Virus record (IMG/VR): IMGVR_UViG_3300017978_000178
Span: 1 to 39,581 of that record
Source: a virus
Lineage: Duplodnaviria; Caudoviricetes
Reading direction: 5' to 3' (one strand)
DNA length: 39,581 nucleotides
How positions within the stretch are numbered: position 1 is the first letter of the stretch; the number at the start of each line of letters is the position of its first letter. Both the position numbers and the translations under genes were made by a program. Of this stretch, positions 27,887 to 34,813 are shown piece by piece. The notes under the pieces were generated by a model that worked only from the letters and a program-made list of their open reading frames with translations, did not search any database and had not been told where the DNA came from.

Positions 27887-28332
27887 GTGTCGCTCCCTAT
27901 CTGTTTGAAAAGGTCGTTCGTGGTTCTCGCCATAGCCCAAGCCGAACGGAACGCATCGTTCACCTCAAAGCCAACTTCTTTTTCGTAGTCTTCAACGGTG
28001 GGCCAAGCGTAGTCGGGGGCTTGCTGTGGGGCTGGGTACACATCACGCACAGGAACTCCAGCGGCTTCCGTGTTGGCTCGGTGGTTGTTCGTTTCCATGC
28101 CGTTGTGCCACTTACCGTCTTGGTAAAACTGCCACCCGCATGGCTCCCCGCGCTCCGCGCTTTGCTGTGCTAATGTGGCTTCGCCACGGGGCTGCTCTGC
28201 CAGTGCCGCCTCCAGCCTACCGACAATTGTCCATTCTTCTGCGTACATATCCGTAGGCCCGATAGACTTCATGTAATCCAGCGCCAGCTTCGCCGCTTGT
28301 TCCAAGCTAATTGCTTCGGTTTGTGTGGTCAT
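27883..28332 (-). CDS. Hypothetical mosaic protein (MTTQT start)
   Basis: RBS AAGGAG; higher GC than flanks. Confidence 0.65.
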   Translation of the reverse strand: MTTQTEAISLEQAAKLALDYMKSIGPTDMYAEEWTIVGRLEAALAEQPRGEATLAQQSAERGEPCGWQFYQDGKWHNGMETNNHRANTEAAGVPVRDVYPAPQQAPDYAWPTVEDYEKEVGFEVNDAFRSAWAMARTTNDLFKQIGSDT

Positions 28333-28553
28333 TTCGTCACTCCTTTACAATACTGTCGTTGAATGTATCTAAACTTTCTGGTGTCGTTCTGGCTGAATTC
28401 CTTTAGACAATAGTCCGGTGAAATAGCAGCCATTCCATCATCATATCCCTGATTATAAGCCTTATCTTTCTCAATTCCCACTAAATAGTGGTGAGTAATA
28501 ATAGACACTATCCATATAAAGACAACCAAAGCAAATACTTTGATTAAAGACAT
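28329..28553 (-). CDS. Hypothetical protein with N-terminal TM
   Basis: RBS AAGGAG; AYNQGYDDG motif. Confidence 0.6.
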   Translation of the reverse strand: MSLIKVFALVVFIWIVSIITHHYLVGIEKDKAYNQGYDDGMAAISPDYCLKEFSQNDTRKFRYIQRQYCKGVTK

Positions 28554-28569
28554 ACTATCTCCTTTAAGT

Positions 28570-28584
28570 TGGCACGGTTCTTGC
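28570..28584 (+). promoter_or_regulatory. Consensus sigma54 -24/-12 box, antisense to the early arm
   Basis: TGGCACG-GTTC-TTGC is an exact match to TGGCACG-N4-TTGC; intergenic. Confidence 0.65.
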
Positions 28585-28589
28585 TCTTT

Positions 28590-28695
28590 AAAGATACATA
28601 TAAGTAACTTATAATGTATATTACATTAATAGTTAATTAACTTATTAAGTGTATTATACATTAAAGTGTATTAACTTATAATGTATCATTAAAGT
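28590..28695. repeat. AT-rich tract A with repeated motifs (candidate origin)
   Basis: AACTTATAATGTAT at 28606 and 28673; CATTAAAGT twice. Confidence 0.6.
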
Positions 28696-28873
28696 CCGGA
28701 TGCACAGATTCCTCATTTGATCGACTAACCATTAATTGATTAATCAGCTTCTTTGGAACAATTTGTGTCGATACCAAACATTCACAACACATATCCAAAT
28801 AATTCCCTGTTTCAGGGTGTTTCAATACCGATTCACCATCGGACAAGCTCACATCACAACAAACACAGCGCAT
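28676..28873 (-). CDS. Small Cys-rich (Zn-binding) hypothetical protein
   Basis: MRCVCCD..LSD.E....YLDMCCEC; RBS GAGGAG. Confidence 0.6.
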   Translation of the reverse strand: MRCVCCDVSLSDGESVLKHPETGNYLDMCCECLVSTQIVPKKLINQLMVSRSNEESVHPDFNDTL

Positions 28874-28963
28874 AGTCACTCCTCGTTTCCGTGGCCTTAC
28901 CACTTTAAACACGTTTTAAGAGCCTAACAGGGTGTCAGGCTACCCTACCCTTATCCGAGGCTT

Positions 28964-29218
28964 TTAAGAGCCTTCCTGACCCCCTAAAGCCCCTTCTGGA
29001 GGCTTTCCCTTCAAAGGCCAACACTCAGTCCATGCATTTAAGGTGTATTGGTTGCCTTGGAGGTCGTAAACGGTAGCATAAGCACCATCCAGCCAGCCAT
29101 ATTTAAATACCATGCCTTGCATTTCAATGTATTTGTCTTTGTGTCGATGCTCTGCCAGTTGCCAGAGCTGTTGAGGGTTATCTTTTTTATAGTCTTCTAT
29201 GTCAGTTCCTGAAATCAT
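28964..29218 (-). CDS. Hypothetical protein
   Basis: RBS AAGGA. Confidence 0.55.
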   Translation of the reverse strand: MISGTDIEDYKKDNPQQLWQLAEHRHKDKYIEMQGMVFKYGWLDGAYATVYDLQGNQYTLNAWTECWPLKGKPPEGALGGQEGS

Positions 29219-29270
29219 ATTAATTTATCCTTTCGTTTAACGGGCAGAAACAATGCTAATAGTTTATCAA

Positions 29271-29450
29271 TCATATAATATCCCTGATTTTGTTCAAAAT
29301 GTCTTCAAAGTCTTCCTTCTGTTCTTCCTTTTCCTGCTCTAGCTCAATGATTCGAGCAATTAGAGCGGCCTTCTCTGTGTCGCCTTGGTTATAGGCAATA
29401 CGTTCAGCTTCCATATAAGCCAATTCGTTAAAATCGTTAAAGTCAATCAT
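29271..29450 (-). CDS. Hypothetical acidic coiled-coil protein
   Basis: MIDFNDFNELAYMEAE...; RBS GGAGG. Confidence 0.55.
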   Translation of the reverse strand: MIDFNDFNELAYMEAERIAYNQGDTEKAALIARIIELEQEKEEQKEDFEDILNKIRDII

Positions 29451-29511
29451 TTTATTCAATCCTCCAAACAAAGTGAGATTATATAAAGCAATCCAAGGGC
29501 TGTAACCATAA

Positions 29512-29805
29512 TCATAGGCTTAACCCTTCATCGTCTGCTAGTGTATCAATGGCTTCATCAACACAGTCAATCCAAACATTCATTACCTCGCCTTCAGTGA
29601 CTTTGAGGTGAAACGTAGCAACGACACACGTTAAGATAGACTTTAGAGCGTGCTGGGCCTCTGATTCAGTCCAATCTAAGGGTGTACGTCTAATCACACT
29701 GTTTACGCTGTGAATATAGGCCATTACCTCACGTTGGCGCACCATGTCGCACAGTGTCTGTTGTTCATCTGTCCAACGTTCATCGTTTCTTGTGATACTA
29801 CTCAT
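29512..29805 (-). CDS. Hypothetical protein
   Basis: ORF with RBS AAGGA. Confidence 0.55.
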   Translation of the reverse strand: MSSITRNDERWTDEQQTLCDMVRQREVMAYIHSVNSVIRRTPLDWTESEAQHALKSILTCVVATFHLKVTEGEVMNVWIDCVDEAIDTLADDEGLSL

Positions 29806-29975
29806 TTTGTGGGTTCCTTTACTTTTTCAACAACATACATCGGCGGTTCATCCTCACCAAGGTCTAGGGTTGCATTGTTTAGCATTGCCCAGAATAGAGC
29901 ATCCTCTCGGTTTAGAAACCTTATGGCGACAATCTTAGACTGTCGGTGTATAACAGCATACATTTTAAAGACCTT

Positions 29976-30245
29976 TCAATAATCCCAACGAGTAGACCGC
30001 AGCGCAGCAGAATCACGATAAACACGCTCCATCGGTGTATATTCGCCAATCCGTGCATATGTCTCGATCAGGCCGCTAACGTCTTGATCCTTTGGCGGGT
30101 TCTTTAAGCCCCAGTAGTATTCCATACTCGCCTCGGTGTGGCCTTCATCAGGCGACCAACGAACAATCATTCCACGATTGGCCCGAGATTCAGGGAAAAA
30201 CAGAACAAGACCGGAACCTTCACGTTTTACAATGGTTTTTAACAT
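29976..30245 (-). CDS. Hypothetical early protein
   Basis: RBS AAGGA. Confidence 0.55.
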   Translation of the reverse strand: MLKTIVKREGSGLVLFFPESRANRGMIVRWSPDEGHTEASMEYYWGLKNPPKDQDVSGLIETYARIGEYTPMERVYRDSAALRSTRWDY

Positions 30246-30432
30246 GGTTTGTTTTCCTTTACTTAGTCAACACATCAAAATAAGACAATGCGCCAATGGC
30301 AAGCATAAGCCCGACAGCGACAGCTATCAAGACATCAAGCCATGTTGACGCTTTAGGGGTTGATTGTGGCCCGTACTGTAAGGCTTGATTGTATGCTTCA
30401 AAGATTTCTTGTGTAGTGTTGTTTTGCATGGT

Positions 30433-30588
30433 TTATTCTCCAATAATGAATTCAGACGCGCCGATACAGACGACACCACCGGGCACTCGCACCTCGTAAA
30501 GGTTCTCATAGTAGTGTCGAATGATAACGGCACGGAAACCACTATACGTGCCCACTGTGCCGGGTTGAAGTTTAATGGTTTGTTGCAT
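30433..30588 (-). CDS. Hypothetical 51 aa early protein, absent from the ORF track
   Basis: MQQTIKLQPGTVGTYSGFRAVIIRHYYENLYEVRVPGGVVCIGASEFIIGE. Confidence 0.55.
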   Translation of the reverse strand: MQQTIKLQPGTVGTYSGFRAVIIRHYYENLYEVRVPGGVVCIGASEFIIGE

Positions 30589-30591
30589 GGT

Positions 30592-30771
30592 TTAACCTTT
30601 CACAATCTCAAAATCACAAGCGGGGAGACTTATCTTATAAGGATCGACCACCCATTGAACCAACAGACCGCCATTAACCCCCTCTTCGACAGCCAACAAC
30701 AAGGCTTTGCGTCCACTGTGTCGATGTTGGATTACTTGCCCAATGTAAGGCTTGAATTGTTCTTTATCCAT
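30592..30771 (-). CDS. Hypothetical early protein
   Basis: MDKEQFKPYIGQ...; RBS AGGGG. Confidence 0.5.
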   Translation of the reverse strand: MDKEQFKPYIGQVIQHRHSGRKALLLAVEEGVNGGLLVQWVVDPYKISLPACDFEIVKG

Positions 30772-30796
30772 GTTAAACCCCTTTCCGCCTATCGGC

Positions 30797-31063
30797 TTAG
30801 ACTTTAGAAGCATCAAAGCAGAAAGAATAACCCTTGCCATCGGCACTGTCACCGTAGCGCATACCGTCCAGCGTCCAGTCTAGTTTGTTCTTTGCAACCA
30901 AGGCTTTGACGGCCTCAAAGTGGCACAAGTGGCCTGACAATTCACGCGGATAAGGGACAGTGGCACTGAAGCCCTTAGAGTCACCGAAGCCCACAGTATA
31001 GGCTTTGATCCGTGAACCCCGGCTGTTGGTGCAAGGGATGAATTTAGTGTGAATTGCGATCAT
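30797..31063 (-). CDS. Conserved phage early hypothetical protein
   Basis: IHTKFIPCTNSRGSRIKA motif common in phage early regions. Confidence 0.65.
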   Translation of the reverse strand: MIAIHTKFIPCTNSRGSRIKAYTVGFGDSKGFSATVPYPRELSGHLCHFEAVKALVAKNKLDWTLDGMRYGDSADGKGYSFCFDASKV

Positions 31064-31164
31064 GGTGTTTTACCTTTTAAGGTTGATGCTCTATTGAGCG
31101 GGTTTAGTGCAGACAGATGCACACTATAACACACCAGCGAACCAGTGTGCTAGGTGTGTGTATC

Positions 31165-31377
31165 TTAGTTTGTAAGATAGAACTTCAGAAAAGCCTTTGC
31201 CTTGGCGGGTGACTTCATGTTGATATTGAGATAGAACATACCATCTTCAAACACTTCATAAACAGATTGGGACATACTGTAAACCGCCGTGTATGTCTTG
31301 CCTTCATGCTTTAGAACCCAAGGCTTTGCTTTAAGTGCCAGCTTGTGAGCATCGTCTAAAAGTTTATTATAGTTCAT
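31165..31377 (-). CDS. Hypothetical early protein
   Basis: RBS AAGGA. Confidence 0.55.
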   Translation of the reverse strand: MNYNKLLDDAHKLALKAKPWVLKHEGKTYTAVYSMSQSVYEVFEDGMFYLNINMKSPAKAKAFLKFYLTN

Positions 31378-31430
31378 GATGATTGATCCTTGGTTAGTGT
31401 GTTGTGATGAGGTGATTGTATAGGGTTTGT

Positions 31431-31667
31431 TTAGAGCAGGTCAACGATGGTTGTCCCATCATCATCTTGTGATGTCTCAATGATGCGCTCATGCTTGAGG
31501 GTTTGAATGGCTTGAATAGCCTTGGAACCCCCGAAGCCTTGAGCAGTAGCCCAAGACAGAACAGACTTGAGAGCGCATGGGTTAGAGGCTTCGATGTGTG
31601 TCTTGATTGCGTCGTAGTGTGTGAGCATGATCGTTGAAGTATCCCAGTTTGCTTTGATGTGTGTCAT
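31431..31667 (-). CDS. First early gene, hypothetical (possible winged-helix-like)
   Basis: RBS AAGGA; directly downstream of the sigma54 promoter. Confidence 0.6.
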   Translation of the reverse strand: MTHIKANWDTSTIMLTHYDAIKTHIEASNPCALKSVLSWATAQGFGGSKAIQAIQTLKHERIIETSQDDDGTTIVDLL

Positions 31668-31717
31668 GTTGTTTTATCCTTGGTTGAACACAGCGACAAC
31701 TGCTGCGCCTTACGCAT

Positions 31718-31733
31718 TGCACGATCCATGCCA
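31718..31733 (-). promoter_or_regulatory. Sigma54 -24/-12 promoter for the early arm
   Basis: Minus strand TGGCATG-GATC-GTGCA; GG-N10-GC spacing correct; about 50 nt upstream of the first gene. Confidence 0.7.
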
Positions 31734-31762
31734 GTTTATATACTTTTTTGTGATTCGTTATA

Positions 31763-31775
31763 TATCAACGACTTA
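31763..31775 (+). promoter_or_regulatory. IHF binding site
   Basis: TATCAACGACTTA matches WATCAANNNNTTR exactly, with a 5' T tract. Confidence 0.7.
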
Positions 31776-31781
31776 GGTTAG

Positions 31782-31816
31782 TTATCCACAGGCTAGACTT
31801 ATCCACACTATCCACA
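31782..31816 (+). promoter_or_regulatory. Three DnaA boxes
   Basis: TTATCCACA (31782), TTATCCACA (31799), CTATCCACA (31808). Confidence 0.75.
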
Positions 31817-31819
31817 GGA

Positions 31820-31889
31820 TGCACCAACACAGTGAAATTATGCACTATATAAGTGGATGATTGCAAGTAAAATGCACCATTATGGTGAT
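31820..31889. promoter_or_regulatory. Three NtrC-type enhancer boxes
   Basis: TGCACCAACACAGTGAA (31820), TGCACTATATAAGTGGA (31841), TGCACCATTATGGTGAT (31873) versus TGCACCA-N3-TGGTGCA; spacings 21 and 32 bp. Confidence 0.7.
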
Positions 31890-32031
31890 TGTGTGTTGTC
31901 GGTTTAGTATGCTGTTTAGTATGCTTTATAGGTTACGTTATAGGTTCCCGCATCGTCCCTCGCTTGTCTCTTTCCTACAACACTATGTTATGTTAAGTAG
32001 GGACAGATTAGACTCAAGCCTAGATCGAAGT

Positions 32032-32050
32032 GCTAATGAGAATCGTTATC
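32032..32050. promoter_or_regulatory. Fur box
   Basis: GCTAATGAGAATCGTTATC matches GATAATGATAATCATTATC at 16/19 positions, followed by further GTTAyC hexamers. Confidence 0.65.
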
Positions 32051-32320
32051 GTTACCGTTTGAGGGCCGGGGGGCCGGTTGAGTATGATGAAATGTTTGTG
32101 TAGCCACCGTAGTTCATAAAAGGTAAAAACTAAGAAAAATAACAATAAAAAATAGACACTCAAGAAACAGGTAAGTCTTTGTCACTAAAGGAAAAAGGTA
32201 AGGAATAGACAAGTAGAATCCGTGCACCCTGAAAGGGGAATGTTTAAGGTACTTTAAAGACTATACTCCGTTGTAAAAAAACGACAATATCAACTATTTT
32301 ACATAAAAGTGAAAAAAGAC

Positions 32321-32349
32321 TTGACTTTTGTCTCGAAATGTGGTATAAT
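32321..32349 (+). promoter_or_regulatory. Strong sigma70 promoter for the structural arm
   Basis: TTGACT-17 nt-TATAAT with extended TG and an A-rich UP element. Confidence 0.85.
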
Positions 32350-32379
32350 ATATACCTATGTAAGACAGAACAAAGTAGA

Positions 32380-32518
32380 GTACTTTAAAGTCACTAGGAC
32401 ATTTCATAGATGTTAAATACTCTTTATAAGTAATATACTATTAATAGTTATACTACTATAAGTAATAAACTTATAATGTATCTTTAACTTATATGATACA
32501 TTAAAGTACTTTACTTAA
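32380..32518. repeat. AT-rich tract B sharing motifs with tract A
   Basis: AACTTATAATGTAT (32468), ATTAATAGTTA, TACATTAAAGT, TATAAGTAA. Confidence 0.6.
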
Positions 32519-32585
32519 ACAGAATCTGAGCACAGATTGTCTAAAACTGATACCCTGTCTAAGGGATAATATCTTTAAGGAATGA

Positions 32586-33050
32586 ATGATGCTGATGGTT
32601 GTCGAAAAGAAGTGTTATTGCTGTGGTGAGGTTAAAACACTGCCTGAGTTTGGAAAAAATAAAAGTAAAAAACAAGGTGTGTCTGATGAATGTCGTGCCT
32701 GTCGTGCTGTTCAAAGAAAAGAATACAAGCAGAAAAATAAACTTAGCGTATTAAAACACAAAAGAACTTATAGACAAAAATACAGGGCTGAGGAAACAGC
32801 AAGGAAAAAAGAAAGAGAAGTCAGAAAGCTAAAAGCTACTCCTCTTTGGGCAGACAGAAAAGAAATTAGTCTTGTGTATGAAGCAGCCGCTGCTTTTAAA
32901 CTGTACACCGGACTGGAATACCATGTAGACCATATCGTACCTTTGAAAGGGAAAACGGTTTGTGGTCTTCACTGTGAGGCGAATCTTCAGGTTTTACCTG
33001 CAAGTGTAAACCTTAGTAAAAGCAACAAATATTGGCCTGATATGCCATAA
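32586..33050 (+). CDS. Free-standing HNH endonuclease (same family as 274..768)
   Basis: YHVDHIVPLKGKTVCGLHCEANLQ...NLSKSNK. Confidence 0.9.
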   Translation: MMLMVVEKKCYCCGEVKTLPEFGKNKSKKQGVSDECRACRAVQRKEYKQKNKLSVLKHKRTYRQKYRAEETARKKEREVRKLKATPLWADRKEISLVYEAAAAFKLYTGLEYHVDHIVPLKGKTVCGLHCEANLQVLPASVNLSKSNKYWPDMP

Positions 33051-33082
33051 CGCTCCCTTCGGGGGTAAAGCAAAGGAATGAC

Positions 33083-33448
33083 ATGACAAAGCCCTCTGGT
33101 AATCCCCGAGGTCGTCCTAAAAAGACGGCTATTACTGAAATAAAAGAAAATAGGTCTGTAGGTCGCCCAAAGGGAGACAAAGCCATTATGGACGAGTATA
33201 AGCTGCGTATGCTTAACTCACCTAAGTCCTCAAAGGTTTTAGAAAAAGTATATGAAGTAGCTCTAACAGACGGACATCCGGGGCAGTTAGCTGCTATGAA
33301 ACTAGTCATGGATAGGATTGTACCGTCCAGTATGTTCGATGCTACAAAGGCATCTGGCTCTGCTCCAACCATCTCCATTAATATCAGTTCCCTTGGAACA
33401 CCAAAGGTTGAGCGAATGGAAGATGTTATTGACGTGGGGGAATCATAA
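33083..33448 (+). CDS. Terminase small subunit (putative)
   Basis: PRGRPKK / GRPKG N-terminus, AMKLVMDRI; directly precedes terL. Confidence 0.7.
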   Translation: MTKPSGNPRGRPKKTAITEIKENRSVGRPKGDKAIMDEYKLRMLNSPKSSKVLEKVYEVALTDGHPGQLAAMKLVMDRIVPSSMFDATKASGSAPTISINISSLGTPKVERMEDVIDVGES

Positions 33449-34710
33449 TGGAACTTAATTGGCAGTTGTTGCCGTGGCAAGCGACCGTATGGCAATCAAA
33501 AAAACGCTTTAAGGTGTTGGCTTGTGGTCGAAGAACAGGTAAATCTAACCTAGCTATCAAACTTACCCTTGCGAAGGCTTTAGAGGCTCCAGAAGGCTCT
33601 GCGGTGGTGTATGTAGCCCCTACCCTTGGACAGGCCCGCCAAATCGCTTGGGATGCCCTTTTAGACCAAGGAAGGGACATTATCAAGTCTGCCCATGTCA
33701 ACCAGTTGGATATTACTCTGGTTACAGGGCGTAAGATTCACATCCGTTCTGCTGAGAACCCTGATACCCTTCGAGGTCTTAAACTGTATTTTGCAGTGTT
33801 AGATGAAGCAGCGTTTATCAAGGATGACTCTACATGGACTAAGATTATTCGTCCTGCCTTGTCTGACTTGGAGGGTGAGGCTTTGTTTGTGTCTTCCCCT
33901 GATGGTCGTAACTGGTTCTATGATCTGTACAACTCAGCGTTAAAAGGTGAGGATGATGATTGGGTAGCGTTTCACTTCACTACGAAGGATAACCCTACCA
34001 TCTCAGAGAAAGAGATTGAAGCTGCTAAGAAGACTCTGAGCACATTGGTGTTTAAGCAGGAATTTGAAGCTTCATTTGCTGTATCTGGACAAGAGATATT
34101 TAAAGAAGAGTGGATCAAGACAGGCCCGGAGCCTCAGTTTGGTTCTTACTACGTAGCTGTGGACTTAGCAGGTTTTGAGGATGTCGCTAAGAACGCCAGT
34201 GCTTCCAAGAAGCGTCTTGACGAGACAGCCATTGCTGTGGTCAAGGTGTCGGATGAAGATGGTGTCTGGTGGGTGAAAGAGATTCAGCATGGTAGGTGGG
34301 ACATCAAGGAGACAGCCTCTAAGATTCTCTCTGTCATGAAAGAATATCAGCCTACAGCTATCGGCATTGAGAGGGGGAGCTTGAAGAACGCTGTTCTACC
34401 GTTCCTCTCTGACTTGATGCGTAAATATAACACGTTCTCGCACATCCATGACCTGACTCACGGTAACAAGAAGAAGACAGACCGTATCGTCTGGGCTTTA
34501 CAAGGTCGCTTTGAGCATGGTCGCATTGTCCTCAACGAGGATGGTGACTTTGAGGATTTCAAGGAACAATTACTTCTTTTCCCAACAGCCGGGGTTCACG
34601 ATGACTTACCGGATGCTCTTTCCTACATTGACCAACTGTGTGTAACAAACTACCAGTCGGATTATGAGGAAGAGGAATGGGAAGTCTTAGACAATCTTTC
34701 AGGATACTAA
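33448..34710 (+). CDS. terL: Terminase large subunit
   Basis: GRRTGKS, YVAPT, LRGL, VLDEAAF, QEFEASF, VDLAG, HDDLPDAL. Confidence 0.96.
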   Translation: MELNWQLLPWQATVWQSKKRFKVLACGRRTGKSNLAIKLTLAKALEAPEGSAVVYVAPTLGQARQIAWDALLDQGRDIIKSAHVNQLDITLVTGRKIHIRSAENPDTLRGLKLYFAVLDEAAFIKDDSTWTKIIRPALSDLEGEALFVSSPDGRNWFYDLYNSALKGEDDDWVAFHFTTKDNPTISEKEIEAAKKTLSTLVFKQEFEASFAVSGQEIFKEEWIKTGPEPQFGSYYVAVDLAGFEDVAKNASASKKRLDETAIAVVKVSDEDGVWWVKEIQHGRWDIKETASKILSVMKEYQPTAIGIERGSLKNAVLPFLSDLMRKYNTFSHIHDLTHGNKKKTDRIVWALQGRFEHGRIVLNEDGDFEDFKEQLLLFPTAGVHDDLPDALSYIDQLCVTNYQSDYEEEEWEVLDNLSGY

Positions 34711-34714
34711 CATT

Positions 34715-34813
34715 ATGAAAACAACTCCAATCAAACCCTTTAAGCCTTGCGCGGGTTGTCCTACTCCTGCTAAGTGTAAGAAGGCAGGTAAATGCTTGAA
34801 GAAAGGTAAATGA
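34715..34813 (+). CDS. 32-aa Cys/Lys-rich micropeptide
   Basis: MKTTPIKPFKPCAGCPTPAKCKKAGKCLKKGK; exactly fills the terL-portal gap with ATGA overlap. Confidence 0.6.
   Translation: MKTTPIKPFKPCAGCPTPAKCKKAGKCLKKGK

Noticed and set aside
28582-28593. boxA-like TGCTCTTTAAAG
   Set aside because: It overlaps the -12 element of the sigma54 box on the strand opposite the genes, so it would not be in a known transcript
31900-31950. Tandem GTTTAGTATGCT and TTATAGGTT repeats as Ter/Tus sites or a CRISPR array
   Set aside because: Only a partial Ter match and no spacer structure; left unassigned, though they may be further protein-binding sites
31861-32103. 80-aa ORF in the control region
   Set aside because: TTG start, no RBS, and it runs through regulatory motifs; probably non-coding
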